From positions 1 through 42,883 of the forward strand of contig JBGPIA010000027.1 of assembly GCA_041484665.1 (NCBI GenBank): DNA of 42,883 nt. The letters run 5' to 3'. The notes beneath the pieces are model-generated. The model was not told where the DNA came from. It saw only the letters and a program-made list of their open reading frames with translations, and ran no database searches. The position numbers and the translations under genes were made by a program. The stretch comes from Candidatus Krumholzibacteriia bacterium. GTDB taxonomy: Bacteria > Krumholzibacteriota > Krumholzibacteriia > JAJRXK01. Of this stretch, positions 1-9,078 are shown piece after piece (position 1 is the first letter of the stretch; every line of letters starts with the position of its first letter).

Positions 1-1
1 C

Positions 2-271
2 CGGCTGGGCGAGCACGGTGGAACGCTGCGCGTGCGCGGTCGCGCCCTGCCCGACGCCACGGCGCTGGTGTGGGAGATGGGTCTGGACCCGCGGGGGCGG
101 CCGGCGCGGGTGTACCGCGGCGACCATGTGCTGGTGGGCGATGGGCGCCGGCAACGGCCGGACACGATCCTGCAAGGCGATGGGCGAGAGCTACGACCGG
201 AAACGATCCTGCAAGGCGCCGGGCGAGAGCAGCGGCAGGAGGTGGCGCTTGCCGCGCACGACGCGCGCTGA
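2..271 (+). CDS. 3' end of a hypothetical protein (5'-truncated by window edge) with a C-terminal 13-aa tandem repeat
   Basis: Frame +2 is open from position 2 to TGA at 269-271 (RLGEHGGTLRVRG...AAHDAR). Codons are GC3-rich, and it converges on the ABC gene stop at 294. No family recognised. Confidence 0.5.
   Translation, partial: RLGEHGGTLRVRGRALPDATALVWEMGLDPRGRPARVYRGDHVLVGDGRRQRPDTILQGDGRELRPETILQGAGREQRQEVALAAHDAR
137..232 (+). repeat. 39-bp imperfect tandem repeat, about 2.5 copies
   Basis: Units 155-193 (cggccggacacgatcctgcaaggcgatgggcgagagcta) and 194-232 (cgaccggaaacgatcctgcaaggcgccgggcgagagcag), plus a partial unit at 137-154. They encode RPDTILQGDGREL / RPETILQGAGREQ. Confidence 0.85.
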
Positions 272-293
272 AAGGCGTTCTCCAGCGAACGGC

Positions 294-2126
294 TCAAGCG
301 GCGACGTTGCGCCCCGCCGTTCCGTTTCCGCCCAGCTGGATCTCCACGAGCCTGCGGTACAGACCGTCACGCGCCACGAGCTCCTCATGCGTACCCTCCT
401 CGAGCAGACGCCCGTGATGCAGCACGAGGATCCGGTCGACGCCACGCACCGTCGAGAGCCGGTGGGCGATCACGAGGCTGGTCCGCCCACGCAGCAGCAC
501 CTCGATGGCGGCCTGGATGCGCGCCTCCGTCGCGGCATCGACGCTGGCGGTGGCCTCGTCCAGCACGAGTACCGGCGGGTTGTGCGCCAGTGCGCGCGCA
601 AACGCCACCAGCTGGCGCTCGCCCGTGCTGAGGCGCGACCCGCCCTCGCGCATCTCCTCGCGCAGCCCGTTCGGCAACCGCGTGATCACATCCGAGAGTC
701 CAATGCGCTCGACGGCGTCATGCAGGGTCCGTCCGTCCAGCGCGTCATTCCAGATCCGCAGGTTCTGCTCCAGGGTTCCGCTGAAGAGCCGCGGGTCCTG
801 CAGCACGACACCGATCTGCTGGCGCAACTCCCGCGGGTCCCAGTCGCGGACGTCCACGCCATCCACCAGCACGCGCCCGCGCTCAACCTCGTAGAAGCGG
901 CTGAGCAGCGAAATGACCGTGGTCTTGCCGGCGCCGGTGCTGCCCACGATGGCGACGCGTTCACCCGGGCGCACGCGCAACGACAGGCCGCGCAGCACCG
1001 GTTGTCCGTTGCCGTATCCGAACCACACATCCTCGAAGGCCACCTCGCCGCGCGCCGGAGGCCGACCGCGCACCACCGCGGGTGGGTTGATCGCCGCCTG
1101 CTGGTCGAGCAGCTCGAAGATGCGCTCGCAGGCGGCCATGGCCCCCTGCAAGATGTTGAACTTCTCCGCCAGGTCGCTGATCGGCCGGTAGAAGCGCTGC
1201 GAATACTGCACAAACGCCACGAGCGTCCCCAGGCTGACGGTCGCCGTGGCCACCATCTTGCTCCCGCTCCACAGCAAGAGCCCGACCGCGAACGTGCTGA
1301 GGATCTGCACCACCGGATAGAACACCGCGAATGCGGCCACGGTCTCCAGGTGCGCGTCGGTATGGTCGCGGTTGAACCGGGTGAAGCGCTGCAGGCGTCG
1401 CTCCTGCTGGTTGAACGTCTGGACCACCGCGTGGCCAGCGATGTGCTCCTGCAGGAACGAGTTGATGAGCGCCACGCGCACGCGCACCTTGCGGAACGAC
1501 TCCCGCAGGCGGGCGCGGACGGCCATCGACATTCCCATGAGCGGCGGGATGACCACGAAGCTGATCAGCGCCAGGCGCCAGTCCATCCACAACATCACGC
1601 CCATGATGGCCAGCAGCGTGAAGACGTCCATCGCGACGGTCACGACGCCGCTGGTGAAGACCTCGTTGATGGCTTCCACGTCGGTGGTCAGGCGCGTCAT
1701 CAGCCGCCCGACGGGCTGACGATCGAACAGCTGCAGGTCCTGGCGCATGATGTGCCCGAAGAGATCCTGCCGCAGGTCGTGCATGACCCGCTGTCCGGTG
1801 GATTGCAGCAGCACGATCTGCCCGTAATGCACGACCGCGGTCACCAGCAGCACCGCCACGTACAACAATCCGATCTTGTGGAGCTCGGCAAGGCGGGCTG
1901 CGATCTGGCCGCCGCTTTCCAGCGCCTGGTCGATGGTCAGCTTCACGAGGTAGGGGGCGGCGATTCCCAGCGCGGACACGGCCAGCAGCAGCGCGAAGGA
2001 CACCGCGACCTGCACGCGGTACGGCCGCAGGTAGACCAGCAGACGACGCAGCAGCCGCAGATCGAGCTCGCGGATCCCGTTTTTCCCCAGCTCCTGCTCG
2101 GGAGCCTCGCCGACGGCGCCCGTCAT
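294..2126 (-). CDS. ABC exporter, fused TMD-NBD, subunit B of a heterodimer (BmrD/YheH/MsbA-like)
   Basis: Multi-TM N-half, Walker A GSTGAGKT, signature LSTGERQ, Walker B VLVLDE, switch IAHRL. ATG at 2126 overlaps the upstream TGA (ATGA) and follows GGAGG. Confidence 0.93.
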   Translation of the reverse strand: MTGAVGEAPEQELGKNGIRELDLRLLRRLLVYLRPYRVQVAVSFALLLAVSALGIAAPYLVKLTIDQALESGGQIAARLAELHKIGLLYVAVLLVTAVVHYGQIVLLQSTGQRVMHDLRQDLFGHIMRQDLQLFDRQPVGRLMTRLTTDVEAINEVFTSGVVTVAMDVFTLLAIMGVMLWMDWRLALISFVVIPPLMGMSMAVRARLRESFRKVRVRVALINSFLQEHIAGHAVVQTFNQQERRLQRFTRFNRDHTDAHLETVAAFAVFYPVVQILSTFAVGLLLWSGSKMVATATVSLGTLVAFVQYSQRFYRPISDLAEKFNILQGAMAACERIFELLDQQAAINPPAVVRGRPPARGEVAFEDVWFGYGNGQPVLRGLSLRVRPGERVAIVGSTGAGKTTVISLLSRFYEVERGRVLVDGVDVRDWDPRELRQQIGVVLQDPRLFSGTLEQNLRIWNDALDGRTLHDAVERIGLSDVITRLPNGLREEMREGGSRLSTGERQLVAFARALAHNPPVLVLDEATASVDAATEARIQAAIEVLLRGRTSLVIAHRLSTVRGVDRILVLHHGRLLEEGTHEELVARDGLYRRLVEIQLGGNGTAGRNVAA

Positions 2127-3877
2127 GCCCCACCTCCCAGCACGTCCAGCTCGGCCTCGGCCATCTGCTGATGGAAGAGGCGCTCGTACAGGCCGCCCGC
2201 CTCGATCAGGCCGGCGTGGGTGCCGCGCTCCACGATGCGTCCACGCTCCATCACCAGGATCTGGTCGGCACCCTGCACGCCCAGCAGGCGGTGGGTGACC
2301 AGCAGCACCGTGCGGCCCTTCCACGCCGCCTTGAGCTCGGCCAGCAATTCGGCCTCGGTCTCGGTATCCACGCTGGAGAAGACGTCGTCCAGCAGCAGCA
2401 GGGTGGGATCGGGAGCGAGCGCCCGCGCGATCGCCACGCGCTGCTTCTGTCCGCCGCTGAGGGTCACGCCGCGCTCGCCGACCAACGTGGCCCAACCCTG
2501 AGGGAACGCTGCCCGGTCGCGCTCCAGGCGGCTCACCCGTGCCAGCTGCTCGACGGCCGCGTCGCCCAGGTCGGGCGCGCCGAACACGATGTTCTCACGC
2601 AACGTGTCGCTGAACAGGAAGCCGTCCTGTGGCGCGTAGCCGGTGCCCGCCCGCAGGTCGGCCACGCGCAGCCGGCGCAGCTCCGCGCCGTCCACGAGGA
2701 TGCGGCCTTGGTACCCGTCGTACTGGCGCGTGAGCAGCCGCACGAGGGTCGTCTTGCCCGCGCCGGTGGAACCCACGACGGCGGTCCAGCTCCCTGGCGG
2801 CAGCTCGAAGCTCGCGCCGGCAACGGCCGCGGCGTCGCTCCCCGGGTAGCGAAACGTGACCGCGTCGAAGACGACACGCCCCGAGCGCCGGGTCCACGGC
2901 AGGGCGTCGGCGTCGTCCTGGATTTCCGGAATCGCTGTCAGCACGGCGTCGACGCGCTCGAGGCTCACCAGCCCCCGCTGCCAGATGCTGATCGCCCAGC
3001 CCGCGGCGATGGCCGGCCAGGTCAGCATGGCGAGGTACGACAGGAACGCTACCAGCGTGCCCACCGAGATCGTGCCCACGATCACCTGCCTCCCGCCGAA
3101 GTACAGGGTCAGCACGGCCGCGAATCCCGCGAGCAGCGTCATGAGCGGATGCAATACCGACTGCAGCTGCAGCAGCCCGATGTTGCGCTGCATGTAGTCG
3201 CGCGACTGCTGGACGAAGCGCCGTCCCATTTCCTCCTCGCGGGCGTACGACTTGATGACGCGGACACCCGTGAGCGCCTCCTGCGCAAAGCTGCTGAGCT
3301 CGGCGAACAGCTCCTGCACGCGGGTGAACCGGCTGTGCACGCGGCTGTTGATCTGCTGCATGCAGAGCCCCAGCAGCGGCAGCGGCGCGAACGCAATCAG
3401 GCACAGGGTGGGAGCGAGCTTGATCATGAGCAGCAGCGCGATCACCGTGGTCACCGCCGTGTCGACCAGGTACATGATGCCCGGTCCCAGCAGCATGCGG
3501 ATGGCATTGAGATCGTTGGTGGCCAGCGCCATCATTTCGCCCACCTTGTGGGTGGCGTAGTAACTGGGCGACAGGCGCAGGGCGTGTCGGGCGAAATCCT
3601 CCCGTAGCTCGAACTCGATGGTGCGGCTGGCGCCGATCATCCTGCTGCGCATCAGGTAGCGGAAGTAGCCGCCGACAACGGCCGTGCCCACCATGAGCAG
3701 GGTTGCCCGCAGAACCAAGTCCAGACGCTGGCCCTTCAGCGCGTCGATCGCCTGCTTCAGGAACCACGGGCCCAGCAGGGCCGCCAGGTCCCCGACCACG
3801 ATCGCAAGGGTCCCCACGACCAGGGCCACCCGGTGGCGGCGCACGTAAGGGAGCAGCGGGGCGATGCGCCTGCTCAT
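2123..3877 (-). CDS. ABC exporter, fused TMD-NBD, subunit A of a heterodimer (BmrC/YheI-like)
   Basis: TM domain, Walker A GSTGAGKT, TLVGERGVTLSGGQKQR, degenerate Walker B LLLLDD, VTHRL. Confidence 0.93.
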   Translation of the reverse strand: MSRRIAPLLPYVRRHRVALVVGTLAIVVGDLAALLGPWFLKQAIDALKGQRLDLVLRATLLMVGTAVVGGYFRYLMRSRMIGASRTIEFELREDFARHALRLSPSYYATHKVGEMMALATNDLNAIRMLLGPGIMYLVDTAVTTVIALLLMIKLAPTLCLIAFAPLPLLGLCMQQINSRVHSRFTRVQELFAELSSFAQEALTGVRVIKSYAREEEMGRRFVQQSRDYMQRNIGLLQLQSVLHPLMTLLAGFAAVLTLYFGGRQVIVGTISVGTLVAFLSYLAMLTWPAIAAGWAISIWQRGLVSLERVDAVLTAIPEIQDDADALPWTRRSGRVVFDAVTFRYPGSDAAAVAGASFELPPGSWTAVVGSTGAGKTTLVRLLTRQYDGYQGRILVDGAELRRLRVADLRAGTGYAPQDGFLFSDTLRENIVFGAPDLGDAAVEQLARVSRLERDRAAFPQGWATLVGERGVTLSGGQKQRVAIARALAPDPTLLLLDDVFSSVDTETEAELLAELKAAWKGRTVLLVTHRLLGVQGADQILVMERGRIVERGTHAGLIEAGGLYERLFHQQMAEAELDVLGGGA

Positions 3878-3895
3878 CGAAGCTGGTGTTTCCGG

Positions 3896-3924
3896 TTGCG
3901 GGTGGCGGCCGAGGTGGCTAGTCT
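3896..3924 (+). promoter_or_regulatory. Putative sigma70-type promoter for the ParA gene
   Basis: TTGCGG-17 nt-TAGTCT in the divergent intergenic region. An overlapping TAGACT on the minus strand (3920-3925) could serve the ABC operon. Confidence 0.35.
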
Positions 3925-3993
3925 AGAGCGGCTGTGGCGCAGCAGCCGCGCCGAAGCTCTTTCCTTGCAACAGCTTTCCAAGAGGACCCCTCC

Positions 3994-4809
3994 ATGAGCA
4001 ACGTCATCGCCGTGGTGAACCAGAAGGGTGGGACCGGCAAGACGACGACCGTGCTGAACGTCGCAGCCGGGTTGATCCGTTACAGCGACGTGACCTCCTC
4101 CTGCCTGGTGATCGACATGGATCCCCATGGCTGCTCGACCTCCACGCTGCTGGGCAAGGTGGAAGGGGAGGCTCCCACGCGCAGCGTCTTCGACGTACTG
4201 CGGCGGGCCATCACTCCCCATGACGGGATCACCTCGACCGTCTTCGCCGAGAACATCGATCTCCTGCCGTCGAGCCCCCATCTGGAGTCGATGGCGAAGA
4301 CCCAGCTGTTCGACCGTCTCCGCAAGGTAACGGAGGCGCTCAGCTCCAGCTACGGCTGGATCCTGATCGACACTCCCCCCAGCCTGGGCGTGCTCACCCT
4401 CAACGCCCTGGTGTCCGCGGACTACGTGCTGATCCCGACGCCGTGCAACGGGCTGTCGGTGTGCACCCTCAAGCAGCTCGCGTCCACGCTGGAGAGCGTG
4501 CGTGCCAACGCCAACGATCTGCTGCAGCTGCTGGGGGTGCTCATCACCATGAAGGACGCGCGCTCGCGGCTCAAGCCGGAGCTGATCAAGGAGATCCAGG
4601 ACATCTTCGGCAAGGACGCTCTGTTCGAGACCCGGATCACGCTCAACACCAAGCTCGAGGAGGCGCCCGCCGAGTTCCAGAGCGTGTTCACCTACGACAG
4701 CAGCTCCGTGGGCGCGACGCTCTACCGCGATTTCCTCAAGAAGGAGATGCTCAAGCGCCTCAAGAAGCTCGAGAAGCGCCGCACCGAGCTCATCGAGGCC
4801 AAGTACTAG
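3994..4809 (+). CDS. ParA/Soj-family ATPase (orphan, no adjacent ParB)
   Basis: Deviant Walker A NQKGGTGKTT, IDMDP, IDTPPSLGVLTLNALVSAD, LEEAP. AGAGGA RBS before ATG at 3994. Confidence 0.92.
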   Translation: MSNVIAVVNQKGGTGKTTTVLNVAAGLIRYSDVTSSCLVIDMDPHGCSTSTLLGKVEGEAPTRSVFDVLRRAITPHDGITSTVFAENIDLLPSSPHLESMAKTQLFDRLRKVTEALSSSYGWILIDTPPSLGVLTLNALVSADYVLIPTPCNGLSVCTLKQLASTLESVRANANDLLQLLGVLITMKDARSRLKPELIKEIQDIFGKDALFETRITLNTKLEEAPAEFQSVFTYDSSSVGATLYRDFLKKEMLKRLKKLEKRRTELIEAKY

Positions 4810-4878
4810 GTCTAAGCCACCGGGCCCGCGCGCGGGCCGGCAGCGCCGGCGGGCGGCGGGACCTGCTCTGGAGCGCCC

Positions 4879-6414
4879 GTGCCCCGGATCCAAGGCATCA
4901 GCATGCTCGACGGCCTGCGACGGCGCAGCTTGCGGCTGGGGTCCCCCGCCCGGCGCGCGCTGGGGCCGCTCCTGGCGGCTGGACTCACCCTGGCCGGGCT
5001 GCGGGTGCTCGGCCTGCACGGGGCGCTGCCGCTGGCGGCGCTGCTGGCCGTCCTTGGCGCCGGGCTCACGGCGCTCCTGCGCTTCGATCTGCTCTACACG
5101 ACGTTTCTTTTCTATCTGCTGTTCGAGACGGTGGTGGGACCGGTCCTGCCCGGTCCGCTTCCGCTGGTGAGCAAAGATCTCTTCTACATCGTGGTCGTGG
5201 GCGTGGGGCTCTTGGTGGGCGCCGTGCTCGCCGGCGCTCCGCTGCGCGCGCGTCACGCGGACCCGCGAGTGGACGAGCACGGACTCACTCCAGCGCCCGG
5301 CACCGCGGCGCTGCTGCTTTTCTTCCTCGTGACGCTGCTGCTGGCGCTGCGCGGCCCGACCCTGCTGCTGGGGGTGCTCGGACTGCGCGCGGTCTCGTGG
5401 CTCTTCATGGTGGCGCTGCTGCTGCCACTGGCGTACCGCAGTGCGGCGGCGCGGCGGGCGGCGCTCTCGATCCTGGGTGTGGGATTGGCGGCGGTCGCCA
5501 TCATTGGAATCTACGAGTTCTTCCACTGGCGGGAGGTCCGCACCGCACTGGAGCTGGAGGAGCAGCGCTGGACGATGGGCACACTCAAGGCGGGCTCGAC
5601 GGTGGGCTCGCCGGGCGCCTTCGGGGCGCTGATGGGACTGGGGCTGCTGTTTCTCCTCGCGCGCGCGGTGGCGGGGCGCGTCGGGCGCGCGGGCTGGCTG
5701 ATGGGCAGCGTCCTGGCGGCACTCTGGTTCGCGGGGTTGGTGCTGTCGTTCAGCCGCATTTCGCAGATCGCTTTTGTAACGGCCGCCTGCCTGCTGCTGC
5801 TGCGGCGTCCGCGCCTGCTGTTGCCGGGGCTGGGCCTGATCCTGGCGGCCGGGCTGCTCGCCAACGTCCTCACCGACGGATTCCTGTGGGGCAACCTCGT
5901 GGCGAGCGTCGGGCGCGGCGAGCATGCCGACGCCATCCAGAGCACCATCGACCGCGTGGACATCGCCCGCGCGACGCTCACGCAGCGCGTGCCGCAGCAT
6001 CCCTGGCTGGGCTACGGCCTGGGGACCGCGGGGGCGCCCACCCGGGAGCGCGTCGAGGACGCACCGTTCGGCTATCTGTTCCTGGACAACTACTACCTGC
6101 TCATGCTCCTGGAAGGAGGGGTACTGGGTCTCTGCGCGTATCTGGCGCTGCTCGCCGTGCTGCTGGCTCTGGCTTGGCGCACCGGACGCGGCGGTGATGT
6201 GGGGCGGCCTGGCACTCTGGGGGACGCGGCCTGCGTGCGCGCAGCAGGAGCTGGGCTGGTTTTCTACGCCATTATCGGGACGGCCAGCACCGTGCACGAA
6301 ATCCCGGTCGTCAATGCATCATTCTGGTGGTGCGCTGGCTGGGTGCTCTGGGGCGCGCAACTCATGGCGGGTCGCCGTCCACGTGCGCTGCCAGCCCCGG
6401 CGCCCGTAGCGTGA
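4879..6414 (+). CDS. O-antigen ligase/Wzy_C-like multi-pass membrane protein
   Basis: About 12 hydrophobic segments; SFSR, R..IA...HPWLGYGLG and DNYYLLMLLEGGVLGL match WaaL-like periplasmic-loop motifs. Start uncertain (GTG 4879 or ATG 4903). Confidence 0.75.
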   Translation: MPRIQGISMLDGLRRRSLRLGSPARRALGPLLAAGLTLAGLRVLGLHGALPLAALLAVLGAGLTALLRFDLLYTTFLFYLLFETVVGPVLPGPLPLVSKDLFYIVVVGVGLLVGAVLAGAPLRARHADPRVDEHGLTPAPGTAALLLFFLVTLLLALRGPTLLLGVLGLRAVSWLFMVALLLPLAYRSAAARRAALSILGVGLAAVAIIGIYEFFHWREVRTALELEEQRWTMGTLKAGSTVGSPGAFGALMGLGLLFLLARAVAGRVGRAGWLMGSVLAALWFAGLVLSFSRISQIAFVTAACLLLLRRPRLLLPGLGLILAAGLLANVLTDGFLWGNLVASVGRGEHADAIQSTIDRVDIARATLTQRVPQHPWLGYGLGTAGAPTRERVEDAPFGYLFLDNYYLLMLLEGGVLGLCAYLALLAVLLALAWRTGRGGDVGRPGTLGDAACVRAAGAGLVFYAIIGTASTVHEIPVVNASFWWCAGWVLWGAQLMAGRRPRALPAPAPVA

Positions 6415-8131
6415 GGGACGCGCGCAGCTCCAGCACGTCGAGCCGGTCTTGGGTGTTGTTCACCTGCTCGATCGAGTGCCAGGCCAGCGCGATGCCCAGC
6501 TGCCCGTAGGGCGCCAGGGTACGCTGGGCGCCGCCACTGAGCACCCAGCGGCGCTCCACCCGCCCGCGCGGGAATGGCTCCAGGGCATGACCCTCGCGCG
6601 TCTGCTCCGTCCACAGGCGATTCTCCCCGCGCCGCCTCCGCTCTCCCTCCACCCAGCACAGCCAGCCCGGCGCAGGGCGCAGCGCGACGCGCAGGTCGTG
6701 CCGGTCGGTGTCGGGGCCCTCCGGCGAGCCCAAGGGCCGATCGAACTGCTGCGCGTCGACGCCCGGGCCCGGGTGCAGGTAGGTCCAGCTACCGATGCGC
6801 CGGTACTCGTAGCCGATCAACCAGGCGGATGCGCCCGTGGACGGGAAGTCGGCTCCGACCGCCCACGCCAGCTGATCCGGCCAGCGCTTGCGCTGCTGCC
6901 GGTCGAGCTGCAGGTCGTCCACCACCAGCTCGCCATAGACGTGCGCGGGACGCACGAAGACATCGGCGTCCACGCCGTTGAAGACGTTCACCTCATTGCT
7001 GGGGTTGTTGTCGTGCTCCACCTGCGCCTGGGCGTAGAACAGCACCGGGTTGAGGTACTTGAGCTGCGGCCCGCGCCCGACTTCGCTCACGACGGCCGTC
7101 TCGCTGAGGCCGACGCGCAGCGACCGCGAGAGGAACAGGTCGAGCCGGTGGCCGTACAGATAGCGCCCGAGGCTCTCGGTGGTCTGCAACGTATCGGACG
7201 CACCAGCGGCCCCGGCGGCAACGATGCGGCGCACCACGGTGTCGCTGGAGAGCTGCGCGGCGAACGCCTGCAAACGATGGTGGCCCAGGCGCAGCTCGCC
7301 GTGGATCATGTCGAGCGCCGGCGCCTCGTTGGAGAGGATCAGGCCGCCCAGGCGCTCGGGGCCAAAGCTCAACCACGTGCGCCCCAGCACGACCGACCAG
7401 CGCCGCGATGCGTAGCGGAGGTAGGCCTGCTCGACATCGTTGCTGGAGTTCAGCGTCGCGAACTCCCGCGTGCGCGTATGCGAGTCGTTGCGGCCCGCGC
7501 TGTCGAAGTAGAACTGCACGCAGGCGCTCAGCGAGGGCAGTAGGCGCGCATCCGCCGCCAGCCCCGCGCGCAGGCGCACCGCGGGATCAGCCGCCTCGCT
7601 CCCTCGCACATCCAGGAAGAGCGGTTGGAGCTGGCGATGTGGGTCGGCCGCAAAGCCCAGCACCTGCACCTGCGGGGTGAGCAGGAGCCCGAGCGGCGGC
7701 TCGTCGCCCTTTCGCCGCCCGCCGAGCGCGCGCTGCGCGTCGCCCTGCTGCCCCGCTTCACCTGCCGGAGGCGTCGCCTCCCCGGCCAGCGGCACGCCCA
7801 GCCAGCGTGCTAGGTCGTGCCAGCGCGGCACGGCCGCCATCTGGGCGCCGGCAAGGCCGGCCGCTTCTTCCCGGCTGAGTGGGACACCGCTCCCGGGCCC
7901 CCGTGCGTCTCCGCCGGCGCGGTAGGCCTCGCGCAGCAGGTCATACTCAGGGTCCGTGGCGACGATCCAGCGTTGCGCCGACAGGGACGCGGGCGGCGCC
8001 GCCCGTGCCACCGGGGCCACCGCGAGCCCGGCGAACACCAGCAGCCACACGCACGCGCGCCGGTCGTGGCGCGTTTGCGCCCCGGCGCGTCCGGTGGCTG
8101 CCCCCTGTCCCGATCCCGCTGAGCTGCGCAT
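6362..8131 (-). CDS. Capsule assembly Wzi-family outer-membrane beta-barrel protein
   Basis: Signal-peptide-like VWLLVFAGLAVAPVARA; GGLILSNEAPALD, LYGHRLD, LSETAV, YLNP and alternating beta-strand pattern. ATG at 8131 chosen over the ORF-track start at 8446. Confidence 0.68.
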   Translation of the reverse strand: MRSSAGSGQGAATGRAGAQTRHDRRACVWLLVFAGLAVAPVARAAPPASLSAQRWIVATDPEYDLLREAYRAGGDARGPGSGVPLSREEAAGLAGAQMAAVPRWHDLARWLGVPLAGEATPPAGEAGQQGDAQRALGGRRKGDEPPLGLLLTPQVQVLGFAADPHRQLQPLFLDVRGSEAADPAVRLRAGLAADARLLPSLSACVQFYFDSAGRNDSHTRTREFATLNSSNDVEQAYLRYASRRWSVVLGRTWLSFGPERLGGLILSNEAPALDMIHGELRLGHHRLQAFAAQLSSDTVVRRIVAAGAAGASDTLQTTESLGRYLYGHRLDLFLSRSLRVGLSETAVVSEVGRGPQLKYLNPVLFYAQAQVEHDNNPSNEVNVFNGVDADVFVRPAHVYGELVVDDLQLDRQQRKRWPDQLAWAVGADFPSTGASAWLIGYEYRRIGSWTYLHPGPGVDAQQFDRPLGSPEGPDTDRHDLRVALRPAPGWLCWVEGERRRRGENRLWTEQTREGHALEPFPRGRVERRWVLSGGAQRTLAPYGQLGIALAWHSIEQVNNTQDRLDVLELRASLTLRAPGLAAHVDGDPP

Positions 8132-8291
8132 CGTCCCCCGGCCGCGCGAGCGGGCGCCCGCACCTGAGCTATCCGCCGAGCAACTTTCGGAGCAGTATCG
8201 AGGCCCGCGTCGCGGCTGACCAGCGCCCGCATGCGCCGCGCATGAAGCACGAGCCGTAGCGGGACCGCGACAGGGCGCGCAGGTGGATGCC

Positions 8292-8999
8292 ATGAGATAC
8301 GAAGAGCTGGCCGGAAAACTGGCGGTGGTGACCGGAGCCAGCCGCGGGATCGGCTGGCACGTGGCGGCCGCGCTGCACGAGGCCCACGCGCAGGTGGCGA
8401 TCACGGGGCGCCGCCGAGAGACCCTCGAGGCGGCCGCCCGCAGCATCGGAGAGCGCTGCCATCCCTACGTTTGCGACCAGCGGGATGCCGCCTCGGTCGC
8501 CGCGCTGGCCAGCAGTGTGCAGCGGGAGCTCGGAGCGCTGGATCTGCTCGTGGCCAACGCGGGGTTGATGCGCGGCGCCAAGATCGAGGAGATGCCCCTG
8601 GAGTTGTGGAACGAGGTGATCGAGACCAACCTCACCGGAACGTTCCTCACGGTGAAGGCGTTCCTACCGGCGCTGCTCTCGCGACCGCGCGGTGACATCT
8701 TCATCATCAGCTCGATGAGCGGCAAGAAGGGGGACCCGGGGGCGTCGGCCTACGCCGCGAGCAAGTTCGGTCTGCAGGGCTTCGCCCAGTCGCTCATGTA
8801 CGAGGTTCGCAAACGAGACATCCGCGTGACGGTGCTCAACCCCAGCGCCGTGGACGTGGGAGCGGACGACGGTCCACTGCACGGCTCTGGCCTCTATCTG
8901 CACGCGGCCGACCTCGCGGCCACGATCGTGCACCTCGCGCGGCTGCCGGGGCGCACGATGGTCCGCGACCTGGACGTCTTCGGTACCAATCCGCCCTGA
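8292..8999 (+). CDS. Classical SDR family oxidoreductase
   Basis: TGASRGIG, LVANAG, NLTG, SS and catalytic YAASK. AGGTGG RBS. Confidence 0.9.
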   Translation: MRYEELAGKLAVVTGASRGIGWHVAAALHEAHAQVAITGRRRETLEAAARSIGERCHPYVCDQRDAASVAALASSVQRELGALDLLVANAGLMRGAKIEEMPLELWNEVIETNLTGTFLTVKAFLPALLSRPRGDIFIISSMSGKKGDPGASAYAASKFGLQGFAQSLMYEVRKRDIRVTVLNPSAVDVGADDGPLHGSGLYLHAADLAATIVHLARLPGRTMVRDLDVFGTNPP

Positions 9000-9078
9000 G
9001 GCAGGGCACGCCCGCGGCTGCGCTGCACGCCCGGGCGCAAGCGGGGTGTGGGCGACCCGGCGCCGCGAGGAGCAGCGC

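Noticed and set aside
137..232. Repeat considered as a CRISPR array
   Set aside because: No spacers, in-frame coding unit, and no cas genes.
18..3607. Long plus-strand ORFs (717 aa and 478 aa) opposite the ABC genes
   Set aside because: Antisense shadows typical of high-GC coding DNA; no motifs, and the opposite strand encodes clear ABC transporters.
3994..4809. ParA as the missing Wzc/CapB tyrosine kinase
   Set aside because: Motifs are Soj-type and there is no C-terminal tyrosine cluster.
4823..4838. Perfect 16-bp palindrome ggcccgcgcgcgggcc after parA, considered as parS or a terminator
   Set aside because: All G/C, unlike the parS consensus, has no U-tract, and is plausible by chance at this GC content.
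3874..6297. 807-aa minus-strand ORF
   Set aside because: Mirror frame of ParA and the ligase-like gene, with low-complexity Q/R/A composition.
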